This document shows, piece by piece, positions 17,055-26,842 of a stretch of DNA of 45,600 nucleotides. The position numbers were made by a program, and so were the translations under genes. Within the stretch, counting starts at the first letter, position 1, and each line of letters opens with the position of its first letter. The notes below the pieces were generated by a model. That model searched no databases. It worked only from the letters and a program-made list of their open reading frames with translations, and was not told where the DNA came from. The stretch is from positions 1-45,600 of the forward strand of contig CAUZMW010000002.1 of NCBI GenBank assembly GCA_963581225.1. The letters run 5' to 3'. This DNA is from Gammaproteobacteria bacterium. GTDB taxonomy: Bacteria > Pseudomonadota > Gammaproteobacteria > Steroidobacterales > Rariloculaceae.

Positions 17055-18572
17055 ATGATTGAGTCCTTACTGGCGGGTGTGGACCTCGCGCTACGGGTCG
17101 ATACGTTTATCTGGATCAGCGGCGGATTGCTTCTCGGCATGCTGATGGGTGCGCTTCCGGGATTCACGACATCCATGGGCATGTCGGTACTCGTGCCAAT
17201 CTCTTTCCTGGTGGGTGATCCGTTGATCGGTATCCCATTCCTGATCGGCGTCTACAAAGGTGGGATCTACGGCGGCAGCGTGCCGGCGATCTTGATCTCA
17301 ATGCCCGGCACCGGTGCCTCGATCGCCACGGTGTTCGACGGTCACGCGCTGACCAAGAAGGGCAAGTCGAGAAAGGCACTCGAGATGAGCCTGTTCGCAT
17401 CCGCAATCTCGGACTTTCTAAGCGATATTTTCACGCTCGTCATGATCATCCCGGTCGCCGCGATCGTGCTCGGCTTCGGGCCGCCAGAGATCGCCGCCGT
17501 CATGTTTCTGAGCCTGGTGATTATTGCCGTGACCGCGACCGGGCCCGTCATCAAGGGCTTGATCATGCTGTGTCTTGGCGTGTGGGTAGGTTTCGTGGGC
17601 GCCGATCCGTTCTCGGCGATGGCCCGGTATTCCTTCGGCACATCGGAACTCTACGACGGCTTTCATTTGATACCGATCTTGATCGGGTTGTTCGCGTTAC
17701 CGGAGATTTTCAATGCCGTGAAGGAGGGTGACATGCCCGGCTCTAGCGTCGCGAGTTTCGTGGGCGAGCGGTTGCGTCTCGACGAATTGAAAAATAGCCT
17801 TCGTACTATCTTTAGATCGACGCTGATCGGTACCGGAATAGGGGTCATTCCGGGGCTGGGTCAACCGATCGCCGCGATGATGGGTTATATCGCGGCGAAG
17901 AATTCATCCAAGCATCCCGAAACCTACGGCAAGGGGGAACTGGATGGTGTGGCCGGAGCAGAAGCAGCAAATAATGCGGTCAATGGTCCGACCTTGGTGC
18001 CGCTGCTAACGCTTGGCATTCCGGGTGACGCCGTGACGGCTCTACTACTCGGCGCTTTCATGATGCAGGGGTTGCGGCCTGGCCCGACGTTACTGACGTC
18101 CAGCGGCGATATCGTATTCGGGATTTTGATTGCTATGGTCCTGGCGAACGTCTTGTTTGTCGCGATTGGATACGTGACGATTCCATTCTTTGCGCGAGTC
18201 GTCACGATCAAGAAATCGCTGCTGATCCCGGTCACGATCATGCTGGCCTTCGCCGGCACCTATCTGGCCCGCGGAAACCCGTTCGACATCGTGACATTAA
18301 TCGGCTTCGGTCTGATCGGAATCGCAGCTCGGCAGGCGAAGTTCGACGTCGCGCCGATGGTGATGGGGTTCATATTGGGCCGCGAACTGGAATATACTTT
18401 CGGGCAGACGCTGGCGTTAGCCGGCGACAATTGGATTCGATTCGCGTTGACCGAACGGATTGGTATGACGGCGGTTGTGCTCGCCACGCCGGTCATCGGT
18501 CTGCTGTTGGGACGCCGCATGGCGTACTTCCGAAAACGCGCCCTCGAAAGAGAAAATGGGGATGTGCTGTGA
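17055..18572 (+). CDS. tctA: Tripartite tricarboxylate transporter large permease (TctA family)
   Basis: 505-aa polytopic protein with TctA-type motifs (GALPGFTTSMG, ISMPGTGASIAT, LGIPGDAVTALLLGA). Confidence 0.9.
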   Translation: MIESLLAGVDLALRVDTFIWISGGLLLGMLMGALPGFTTSMGMSVLVPISFLVGDPLIGIPFLIGVYKGGIYGGSVPAILISMPGTGASIATVFDGHALTKKGKSRKALEMSLFASAISDFLSDIFTLVMIIPVAAIVLGFGPPEIAAVMFLSLVIIAVTATGPVIKGLIMLCLGVWVGFVGADPFSAMARYSFGTSELYDGFHLIPILIGLFALPEIFNAVKEGDMPGSSVASFVGERLRLDELKNSLRTIFRSTLIGTGIGVIPGLGQPIAAMMGYIAAKNSSKHPETYGKGELDGVAGAEAANNAVNGPTLVPLLTLGIPGDAVTALLLGAFMMQGLRPGPTLLTSSGDIVFGILIAMVLANVLFVAIGYVTIPFFARVVTIKKSLLIPVTIMLAFAGTYLARGNPFDIVTLIGFGLIGIAARQAKFDVAPMVMGFILGRELEYTFGQTLALAGDNWIRFALTERIGMTAVVLATPVIGLLLGRRMAYFRKRALERENGDVL

Positions 18573-19573
18573 AAGCATGGGCCTCGAAATTAGCTGCGAC
18601 GATTAAGGCTGCCTGCCCAGCACTACTGTTCACGCTGGTCTGGTTTGGGCTGCTGGCGTCCGATTCGGCAGCCCAATATCCTGATAAACCGATCACCTTG
18701 ATTACTCCGTTTGCTGCGGGCGGTTCGAGCGACTTGACCGCGCGCGTATTCACAACCTATCTGAGTCAGTACCTTGGTCAGCCGATGTTGATCAAGCTCG
18801 TTCCCGGCCAGGCGGGGCAGAAGGGCACTCTAGAAGCTACGCAGGCTACGCCGGACGGATACACGCTAATATTCAACGACAACTTTCGAGATCAACTGCA
18901 TCAGTACACGTTTCTCAACGATTACTATGACACCCTAGAGGATCTCGTTGCGGTAGCGCGCATTAACTACGGGCAAATTGCAATCATTGTACGTAGCGAC
19001 GGGCTCTATCAGACCTGGGCCGATCTTGAGGCAGACGCGAGGGCGCGCCCCGGTCAGGTCCTGTTCTCGCACAGTGGTCTCTGGGCCGCGCTGTTCGTGC
19101 CGGCGCAGCAAATAATGCGGGCGCTAGATCTACGTTTCCGTATGGTGCCGTATAGAGGTGGTGGACCTGCGAAGGCAGCTCTTATGGCAGGCGATGTCTC
19201 ATTCTCGATGGCGTTCCCCGCGACGATTGCTGCAGATATCGAGGCGAATACAGTCAGGGTACTCGCGACCGCAGGAACCGAGCGCACGCTAGAAGGAGTA
19301 CCGTCGTTCGTCGAAATCGGCTTGCCGCCAAACGCCGGCTATATTCATCGTATCGTCCTTGCGCCTCGCGGTATTCCTGAAGATCGACTCGCTGTTCTTC
19401 GCAATGCATTCGCAGATTTGCAGGCGAACGAGGACTATCAGGCGGCCATGCGACAGCTAGGGGAGAATACTGCGTATCTGGATGGTGCGGAGTACGAAGC
19501 CGATCGTATCGAGCACTCGCTGGAATTCCGCGATCTCGTGGAGGCGATTGCGGGGACGTTGAGACTCCAGTGA
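18569..19573 (+). CDS. tctC: Tripartite tricarboxylate transporter substrate-binding protein (TctC/Bug family)
   Basis: ORF 18431..19573. GTG 18569 overlaps the tctA stop (GTGA) and gives a signal peptide, then the Bug signature QYPDKPITLITPFAAGGSSDLTAR. Confidence 0.85.
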   Translation: MKAWASKLAATIKAACPALLFTLVWFGLLASDSAAQYPDKPITLITPFAAGGSSDLTARVFTTYLSQYLGQPMLIKLVPGQAGQKGTLEATQATPDGYTLIFNDNFRDQLHQYTFLNDYYDTLEDLVAVARINYGQIAIIVRSDGLYQTWADLEADARARPGQVLFSHSGLWAALFVPAQQIMRALDLRFRMVPYRGGGPAKAALMAGDVSFSMAFPATIAADIEANTVRVLATAGTERTLEGVPSFVEIGLPPNAGYIHRIVLAPRGIPEDRLAVLRNAFADLQANEDYQAAMRQLGENTAYLDGAEYEADRIEHSLEFRDLVEAIAGTLRLQ

Positions 19574-19604
19574 AGGACACAAACTACCGACCGACGGAGC
19601 GACG

Positions 19605-19620
19605 GCCCTTTAAGAAGGGC
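19605..19620 (+). terminator. Weak hairpin after tctC
   Basis: GCCCTT-TAAG-AAGGGC (6-bp stem), followed at a short distance by CTTTATT. Poor U-tract. Confidence 0.3.
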
Positions 19621-19665
19621 TCGCCCCCTTTATTCCTCGAAGGCCAGAGTAGAGTTTATAGAGTT

Positions 19666-20655
19666 CTATAAACCGGCGCGGTTGTTGTTTTTGACGGCCT
19701 TGTTGATGGCGTTCTTGGGCCACTTACCTTGTAGTACGAGTTTAACCTCGTTCGGTGCGCCGGCCTGCAGGCCGGCCATGGCCTTCTCGCTGTACCACGC
19801 GACATGCGGATTGATGATGACGTTATCGCGGTTTCGCAGCGAGTGGTTTTCGGTCAACGGTTCCGGATCAGTCGTGTCTAGCGCGCAGCCGGCAATCGTA
19901 TTGTTGTCGAGCGCGTCGACCAACGCGTCGGTGTCAATGATCGGTCCGCGTGAACAATTTACAATGACGGCCGTATCTTTCATTTTGGTGAATTGGTCGG
20001 CGCCGATCATGCCGCGTGTCTGTGGCAGCAGCGGGGCGTGAATGCAGACGAAATCGGATTCTGTCAGTAGTTGATCGAATTCGACTTTCTCTCCCGGCGC
20101 GTCGAACTGACCTGGTTCAACGAACGGGTCGAAGTAGAGTACGCGCATGTCGAGGCCCGCAGCCGCTTTCGCAACGCGCCGGGCGATGTTACCGAAGCCG
20201 ATGAGCCCGCAGGTACTTCCTGATATACGGAACATGGGTTTCCCAGGTGGGACTTCCCATCGGCCTGCACGCACGAGGCGATCATAGAATGCGATTTTTC
20301 GCGATGATGCTAGTAGCATCGCGATTGTGTGCTCCGCGACTTCCTCGACGCAGTAGGTCGGGTTGTTCGTGACGATGATGCCCGCCTCGGTCGCGGCATC
20401 AAGATCGATCGTGTCCACACCGATTCCGTAGCGCGCGATGATCTTACAGTTCGGCATCCGCGCCATGATTTCGCTGGTGATCGGTCCGGCGTAGGTGTTC
20501 AGCAACGCGTCGCAGTCCGCGGCCTCCGGGAAAAACCCGTCCGAGTCAGACACTTGTATCGGGACGATCTCGGCGAGCTCGCCGAGAATCTCGTGCTCGA
20601 CATCCAGCTTTTCCCATACATAATCGGTAAGAACGACTTTGGCTTTATCAGTCAT
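19666..20655 (-). CDS. D-isomer-specific 2-hydroxyacid dehydrogenase (CtBP/PGDH-like)
   Basis: ORF 19666..20706. ATG 20655 gives MTDKAKVVLTDY. NAD motif GLIGFGNIARRV, and the catalytic-region pattern R..(E)..H is typical of the family. Confidence 0.85.
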   Translation of the reverse strand: MTDKAKVVLTDYVWEKLDVEHEILGELAEIVPIQVSDSDGFFPEAADCDALLNTYAGPITSEIMARMPNCKIIARYGIGVDTIDLDAATEAGIIVTNNPTYCVEEVAEHTIAMLLASSRKIAFYDRLVRAGRWEVPPGKPMFRISGSTCGLIGFGNIARRVAKAAAGLDMRVLYFDPFVEPGQFDAPGEKVEFDQLLTESDFVCIHAPLLPQTRGMIGADQFTKMKDTAVIVNCSRGPIIDTDALVDALDNNTIAGCALDTTDPEPLTENHSLRNRDNVIINPHVAWYSEKAMAGLQAGAPNEVKLVLQGKWPKNAINKAVKNNNRAGL

Positions 20656-20671
20656 GCAGTAGAGAACTCCG

Positions 20672-21946
20672 TTATTCCATCCAGCGGACGATGCCGGCGA
20701 CGCCATCGACGGCGACTGTGGATCCGTCCGGGATCAAGGTTGTAGCGTCGAGCACGCCGAGGACCATCGGGATGCCGCGTTCGCGTGCCAATGAGGCGAG
20801 ATGCGATGTGCTGCCGCCGAGTTCTGCGACGACGGCGGAGACCTGCGATAGCATCTGGCTCAGCGCCGGTCCCGCGACTTTCGTGACGAGCACGTCTCCC
20901 GGTCCGATCCGGGAAATCTCGCACTCGCAGTTCACGATGCAGGCGCGCCCGGAACCCCAACCGATGCCGGCCGGGTGTCCTCTAAGGCGCGGCTTCTGCG
21001 CCCAGACTTCATCGACGTCAGCGGTCTCTTCTTCGACGTGCAGCGGCCGTGCTTGCAGCATCTTGAAGCCTGTATCGTCGAGCGACCATTCGATCTCCGC
21101 CGGTCCATCGATTACGTCCTCGGCCTTCAGCAGTAGACGACCGAGTTCGATGACTTGTGCCGCGTCGAGGCATGGATCTTCGGCGCGCGCACGCTCGACC
21201 GACTGCGTGCCGTGTACGCAGCCAACGCTATGCGTCTTGCGTCCGCCGACCATCTCGATGATTTCGCAATCGCGGCTGAGTACGTAACGATCCGGGACGA
21301 CCTCGCCCTGGGCGATTGCCGAGCCGAGACCCAATGTCGCACTGATCAACATGTCGCCCTCGGCCGTCCGGCTCAGCCCGCCGCCGGAAGCGCGCGCATG
21401 AACGAGTGGCTGAATAATCAGTGCCATCGCGGTATCGGCCGGGTCGGCGCCGTGCGTCGCCATATAACGCAGCGCGCGAGTCGACCATAGCGCACACCAG
21501 CAAGACCGGACCGCCGTCAGAAACTCGGTCTCGTTTTCCAGCCCCAGAAAGCTCTCGAATTGGCCCGCGAAACTCGAGTCGAAGCGATCTTCGACGAGCG
21601 CCGATGAGCGTACGACACCCAGCGTGCCGTTTGTCGCCATGAGTTCACGCCACGTTTCGAGCAGCGGCAAGAGCAAGGACTCCACGATCGGTTGGTCGAG
21701 CAAGCCGAGCTTCATGTCGAGCGCGTTGCGGCGAGCCTCGAAGCCCTCGGTTGAGAAAACCGCGCGCGCGGTCTCCTCCAGGCCGAGCGCCCTGAGCTGG
21801 CTCCGGTACGCTTCCGCGTCGAGGCAATAGCCGCCCGGAGTAGGCAGGCCAGCCTGCCCAAGAGCCGCTTGATTGGCGGCCTTGGGCCCGAAGCGATCCA
21901 CATCGGTCGCTTCGGGGGCGCTTAGCGGGATGACGAAGTTGTGCAT
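20672..21946 (-). CDS. Compact PEP-utilising enzyme: PPDK-N-type ATP-grasp plus phosphohistidine swivel domain, with no PEP/pyruvate TIM-barrel
   Basis: N-terminus FGPKAANQAALGQAGLPTPGGYCL...VRSSALVEDRFDSSFAGQFESFL (PPDK_N-like). C-terminus GGSTSHLASLARERGIPMVLGV (mobile His domain). Only 424 aa. Confidence 0.8.
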   Translation of the reverse strand: MHNFVIPLSAPEATDVDRFGPKAANQAALGQAGLPTPGGYCLDAEAYRSQLRALGLEETARAVFSTEGFEARRNALDMKLGLLDQPIVESLLLPLLETWRELMATNGTLGVVRSSALVEDRFDSSFAGQFESFLGLENETEFLTAVRSCWCALWSTRALRYMATHGADPADTAMALIIQPLVHARASGGGLSRTAEGDMLISATLGLGSAIAQGEVVPDRYVLSRDCEIIEMVGGRKTHSVGCVHGTQSVERARAEDPCLDAAQVIELGRLLLKAEDVIDGPAEIEWSLDDTGFKMLQARPLHVEEETADVDEVWAQKPRLRGHPAGIGWGSGRACIVNCECEISRIGPGDVLVTKVAGPALSQMLSQVSAVVAELGGSTSHLASLARERGIPMVLGVLDATTLIPDGSTVAVDGVAGIVRWME

Positions 21947-21964
21947 CTCCCGTGATCTCCTTTG

Positions 21965-23248
21965 CTAGACCAGTTTGCGGTCTCGCGAATCAGCCGCGGC
22001 GTAACCCGGAATCGGATCGACAACCGTGATCTGCTCCACGGGGAAGTTCGAGACGATCTCGGTATGGTCGGAATGCACAATCAGCATTTCTTCGATGCGT
22101 ACGCCCCACTTGAACGGAATACCGTGCTGAGTCTCGAGCGCGAAGGTCATGCCCTCCTGAATGTCGATCGGATGATCCAGCGACCAGATTCGCGAGATAA
22201 CGGGAGGGTCGTACTGCGCGAGGCCGAGCCCGTGTCCCCACAGGTTGGCCGCGGCCTGATCTTCCTCTTCGTAGCCCCAGGCTTCCTTCGCCGACGGCCA
22301 TACGGAAGCGATATCGCGGGTTGTCGCGCCAGGCTTAACTTCGTTGATCGCTGCGTAGAGCCAGTCCTTCGCAGTCGCATAGATTTCCTTCTGCTTCTCC
22401 GACGGTTCTGCACCAACGCAATAGGTTCGGTAGTAGCAAGATTTGTAGCCGTTCCAAGTGAGAGCGGCGAGATCCATGAAGACGATATCGCCGGGTTTGA
22501 TAATACGGTCTGAGAAATTGCGCCAGTTAGGCCAGGTGTTCGGCCCCGACGAGACGATGACGTCCTCGACGTCTTCGATACCTGGAATGTCGTAGAGGAA
22601 CTTCATGATATGGGCCGTGACTTGATTCTCCGTCAAGCCGGGGCGCAGGAACTTCATCGTCTCCCAGTGAGCGGCGTCACCGATGGCGCCGACGATACGG
22701 AAACATTCCTGTTCGTCCACATTCTTGACGGCACGCGCTTCCATCATCGGAGACATACCGTCGGTCCAATCGATGCCTTCGTCTTTGAACGCTTGGATGA
22801 TATTGATATCGACGAAGTCGATGCCGACTTTCTCGCCTGCGACATTGCTCTTTTTCATTTCCTGCTTCACGGCCTTCGCAAACTTGCCGACTTGCTGGGC
22901 CGAAGCGGGTCCGGCTGCACCTTTGATCCAGGAGTAGGAGTAACGAACGTTTTCTTTCGGGATCCAGGGGCAGTGGCGCTGGATCTGTGCGCCGATGTCG
23001 CCTTGCTCGAAGATGACCGGTGGATCGTCACCGCAGAGCATCGCATAACGTAATCCGGGTTTGAGTCGGCACCAGCCGGGTGTCAGCGTGGCCGTAACAT
23101 AGCGAATGTTCTCGTCGTACATCAGGACCAACGCGCTGAGTCCGGCAGCCTTCATACGCTTCCGGGCCCTTTCAAGGCGGTACGTGCGCAGCCGCTCCCA
23201 GTTAATGCGTTGCTGCCAGTCCAATCCCACGGTACCAAAATTCGCCAT
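21965..23248 (-). CDS. M24-family (creatinase/prolidase-fold) hydrolase
   Basis: Creatinase_N-like N-terminal half plus pita-bread C-terminal half: GDIVFMDLAA..GYKSCYYRTY, WGHGLGL, FALETQ, VRIEEM. GAGGGAGA RBS. Confidence 0.8.
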   Translation of the reverse strand: MANFGTVGLDWQQRINWERLRTYRLERARKRMKAAGLSALVLMYDENIRYVTATLTPGWCRLKPGLRYAMLCGDDPPVIFEQGDIGAQIQRHCPWIPKENVRYSYSWIKGAAGPASAQQVGKFAKAVKQEMKKSNVAGEKVGIDFVDINIIQAFKDEGIDWTDGMSPMMEARAVKNVDEQECFRIVGAIGDAAHWETMKFLRPGLTENQVTAHIMKFLYDIPGIEDVEDVIVSSGPNTWPNWRNFSDRIIKPGDIVFMDLAALTWNGYKSCYYRTYCVGAEPSEKQKEIYATAKDWLYAAINEVKPGATTRDIASVWPSAKEAWGYEEEDQAAANLWGHGLGLAQYDPPVISRIWSLDHPIDIQEGMTFALETQHGIPFKWGVRIEEMLIVHSDHTEIVSNFPVEQITVVDPIPGYAAADSRDRKLV

Positions 23249-23577
23249 GCCCGATCTCCCTCGGTTAAGTCGTTCGCAAATTCACAATAAATATCAGAGC
23301 GCGAGGCCTAGATCCTCGCAACCCCAGATTCGATGTCCGTGATGTGGCAGCCCCGTCGATTGGTTGTTGTCTGTCCGCCGAGGGCAAGCTCAAGACGGCG
23401 GTTATTCTACGTCACGGCCGGTAGGGAGGGAATACCTGCACGGTGTCAGCCGTTAGTGTCACGAGCTTTTCGCGTGCCGCCAGTCGCTTGCGCTCCCGGG
23501 ACACTCTTGCAAGAATACCAGCGGTCGAATCCACCCTAGAAGAGCGATTTCCGACGGAATCAGTTCCAGATCGATTT

Positions 23578-24654
23578 GTGCGAAAAAAATACGTCAATCT
23601 GCCCATTTGCACGGCTCTGTTAGCGCTCGTCATCGCCCCTGGTATCGCCTGCGCCCAGTGGCCGGAGCGGCCGATCAACCTGGTCGTGATGTATGCCGCC
23701 GGTGGTGGAACCGATACCGTACTGCGAGCGCTCGCCGCCGAGATGTCCGCGGCGACGGGCTGGCGTATCAACGTCCAGAACCGGCCGGGTGCCGCTGGGG
23801 CGCTGGCGACTCGCTATGCGCTGAACAGGCCGAATGACGGTTACACGCTTCTGGGCGCATCGAGTTTTAATAAATATGCTCGAATCGGCGGCGGCGGTGA
23901 CTCCCGCTCGTGGACGGATTGGTACTATCTGCAGGCGGCGGCCGCGCTCGGTAGTTGGGCTGTACGGCCCGATTCGCTGTTCAAGACGTTCGCGGACGTT
24001 GTTGCAGCGGCCAAGTCGAACCCGGGGCAGCTCACCATTTCCACATCGGGGGCCGGTGGTCAGTGGCATGAGCTGGCAGCGGTCGTCGCTCAGTCTGCCG
24101 GTATCGATCTCAAATATGTGCCTTACGGCAGCGGGCAGCAGGCGACGCTGGCGGGTCTCAACGGTGAGGTCGATATTGCCGGCGGCGGCGTGCATGAGCA
24201 CATCCAACTCGTTGATACCGGCCAGCTCATTTCGTTGCAGCAGTCCGGCCTGACGGAGATAAGGACTGCTAGCGGCAAGGTCATGCCGACACTGGGGAGC
24301 GTGTTGCCGGGCGTGGGCGAGCAATTGCCGCCAAACGGTACCTACAATCTCGGCATCCGGCGAGATACGCCGTATGAAATTATCCGTCAGGTCGAAGCTG
24401 CGTTCAGCGCCGCTGTGCGCTCGGATGCTTTTCGGGAGATGGTGGAGCGACGGCACTTCGTGGCCGATCTGATGGTTGGTGACGCGGCGGACCGGCGTGC
24501 CGCCGAACTGGAGACGATCTCCGCGGCGACCTTCTCGCGATTGAACATTCCCGGCGCGAGATCTGCCGCGGAATTGGGCTTGCCAGATCCTGAGAATTTC
24601 AATCAGTGGTGGCCGCCGCCGGACTATCAGCCGCTGCCGGCTTCCGAGTTTTAA
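23578..24654 (+). CDS. tctC: TctC/Bug-family substrate-binding protein
   Basis: ORF 23443..24654. GTG 23578 yields the signal VRKKYVNLPICTALLALVIAPGIACA, then QWPERPINLVVMYAAGGGTDTVLR. Confidence 0.85.
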   Translation: MRKKYVNLPICTALLALVIAPGIACAQWPERPINLVVMYAAGGGTDTVLRALAAEMSAATGWRINVQNRPGAAGALATRYALNRPNDGYTLLGASSFNKYARIGGGGDSRSWTDWYYLQAAAALGSWAVRPDSLFKTFADVVAAAKSNPGQLTISTSGAGGQWHELAAVVAQSAGIDLKYVPYGSGQQATLAGLNGEVDIAGGGVHEHIQLVDTGQLISLQQSGLTEIRTASGKVMPTLGSVLPGVGEQLPPNGTYNLGIRRDTPYEIIRQVEAAFSAAVRSDAFREMVERRHFVADLMVGDAADRRAAELETISAATFSRLNIPGARSAAELGLPDPENFNQWWPPPDYQPLPASEF

Positions 24655-24723
24655 GTAGAATAACGATCGATAAGATCGGAGCCGCAGGCGCTAGCCGGCT
24701 CTCCACCGAGTTGAACCTACACC

Positions 24724-25335
24724 ATGACCAATGACGAGACAGCCCGCCACGATCCGGACGGTGTTCCGCCCGGAGACATGGAGTTCGCCGGTGAGGAAGA
24801 TACGGGTGGGCAGGCGACTCCGGGCAAGGATCTCGGTAGCGCTTGTGTAATTGCTGGGTTGGCGATCGCCGCAATGGTCATGTCGCTTCGCCTAGACGTT
24901 CCCGGAGAAATTTTTACTGCGCCGGGGCTGTTGCCGTTTGCCACGAGCCTCACGCTGCTCCTGATGGCGATCATCCTCGGCGTCATTTCGATACGAGCAG
25001 GCGGTGCCGATGACTTTACGCGTGCTGCTCGGCAGGCGGCCGGGACGTTCTTCGCTAACGAAGACGACCGTCGCGCCTTGTTGCTGGTCGGCATCGTCAT
25101 CGCTTACGTCGTGCTCGTCGGGATCATCAATTTTGACCTGCGGCTGCTGACGTCCGTGTTTGTGTTTCGGCTCAGCAGTTATGAGGTCATTTCCGTTGCC
25201 GTGATCACGTCGATCATGAGGCTCTACTGGAAAGCACCTCTCTTACGTTGTTTTCTTGTGTCGCTGGTAACGATCGAGACTCTGGCGGTTATTTTCCGCT
25301 ATGGATTCGGCATCATCATGCCGGAATCTTTCTAA
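24724..25335 (+). CDS. TctB-like small membrane subunit with an acidic N-terminal extension
   Basis: Hydrophobic four-TM pattern, positioned between tctC and tctA. The ~35-aa acidic N-terminus is atypical, so the start is uncertain. Confidence 0.5.
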   Translation: MTNDETARHDPDGVPPGDMEFAGEEDTGGQATPGKDLGSACVIAGLAIAAMVMSLRLDVPGEIFTAPGLLPFATSLTLLLMAIILGVISIRAGGADDFTRAARQAAGTFFANEDDRRALLLVGIVIAYVVLVGIINFDLRLLTSVFVFRLSSYEVISVAVITSIMRLYWKAPLLRCFLVSLVTIETLAVIFRYGFGIIMPESF

Positions 25336-25344
25336 GGCGCCGGC

Positions 25345-26842
25345 GTGGAAGTCTGGTCGCAGGTTCTAGAACAGCTGCTCTTTATTGCGCAGACCCCGAT
25401 GCTCTGGGTCGCCTGTCTAAGCGGTGTGACACTCGGGATACTCTGGGGGGCGATGCCGGGCCTGTCTACGACAATGGCGATGACGCTGCTCATCGGCCTG
25501 ACCGTGGGTATGTCCCAATCCGTCGCCATCATATTTATGATCGGGGTCTACACCGGTAGTGTGTTCGGCGGCGCGATCTCAGCCGTACTCATCAATATCC
25601 CCGGCACGCCCGACGCCGTGCCGACGATGATCGAGGGCTACGCGCTCGCGAAGCGAGGGCGGACTGGCGCTCGGCACGGCGATCTCAGCTTCGTTTATCG
25701 GCAACTGGGTTGGCATCCTTCTACTCATCGCACTGATACCGGCCGTACTGTTCTTCGCGTTGCAGTTCAGATCCTGGGAGATGTTTCTACTCTCGCTGTG
25801 GGGGATCGCCATCTGTGGTTCGATGTCTTCTATGGAGATGCCGTTAAAGGGATGGATCTCAGGATGGCTCGGTCTCATGGTGTCGTTCGTCGGTCTGGAT
25901 GCCATTCACGGCGTTTCTCGGTTCAGTTTCGGCTCGTACAACCTGGATGACGGAGTAAGTTTTATTCCGGTTCTGATCGGCTTGTTCGGCTTGACCGAGA
26001 TACTTCGAGTACTGCTGCAGAAATCTCCGCCGTCGATCCCGTCGGATGTCGGTCGGGTGCTTCCGTCGCTACGATCTCTGGTCAAGTACATCCGGCCGAG
26101 TTTTAGGTCCGGGATTATCGGTACGGTGATTGGCGCCATCCCGGGTGCCGGAGCAAACGTTGCGTCTTTCTTTTCTTACGATGTCGGCCGGCGGCGCGCC
26201 AGTGCGGAGGAGAAGAAGAAGTGGGGCAAGGGTAGCTACGAGGCGATCGTTTGCGCGGAAGTTGCCAACAATGCCAACGTTGGAGGGTCGATGTTACCGA
26301 CATTGGCATTGGGTATACCGGGCAACGCGGCGGCGGCAGCCATACTGGCCGCGTTAGAGCTGAAGAACGTTGTCGTGGGGCCGTTGATCCAGACAGAGAA
26401 CCCGGGTCTGATTTTCTATATCTATATCGGGCTGATCGTCGCCAATTTCTTCATGTACGCCATGGCCATCGCGTTGATTAAACCGTGTGTAAAATTGTTC
26501 AGCCTCCCCAAGACGCTCCTGATGCCGCTGATTCTGCCGATCTGTGTGATCGGCGCGTTCGCCGTCAATCTGAATTACTTCGACGTCTACGTGATGCTGA
26601 TTTCCGGGTTGATCGGCTACGTACTTCACCGGTTCGGGTTTCCTCTGGCACCGATCGTGCTGGCCGTCATTCTTGGGCCGCTGGCGGACGAGAACCTTCG
26701 GCGTGCACTGCTGGTATTCGAGGATGTCGCTGTGTTGACGATCCTGTGGGAGCGCAAGCTCGGTACGGTACTACTGCTGGTCGTGCTGTACACTTTTTAT
26801 GATGGAATCTTTAAGCGTGGAAAATCGAGAGCTGAAAACTAA
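25345..26842 (+). pseudogene. tctA: tctA interrupted by a +1 frameshift near 25657-25667
   Basis: Frame of 25345 reads a normal TctA N-terminus up to ...MIEGYALAKRG, then turns to junk. The frame of 25760 is open back to the TGA at 25628-25630 and reads GGLALGTGISASFIGNWVGILLLIALIPAVLFFALQF..., colinear with KALEMSLFASAISDFLSDIF... of the intact TctA at 17055. The switch falls at the GGGCGG run. Confidence 0.8.

Noticed and set aside
19641-19665. Palindrome GTTTATAGA-GT-TCTATAAAC overlapping the stop of the 2-hydroxyacid dehydrogenase gene
   Set aside because: The loop is too short for a stable hairpin and there is no U-tract. It is probably incidental, and at most a weak terminator or operator.
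25760-26842. Treating the TTG-initiated 360-aa ORF as an independent gene
   Set aside because: Its frame stays open upstream to 25631 and encodes TctA sequence that continues the 25345 ORF. A single frameshifted tctA explains both ORFs better.
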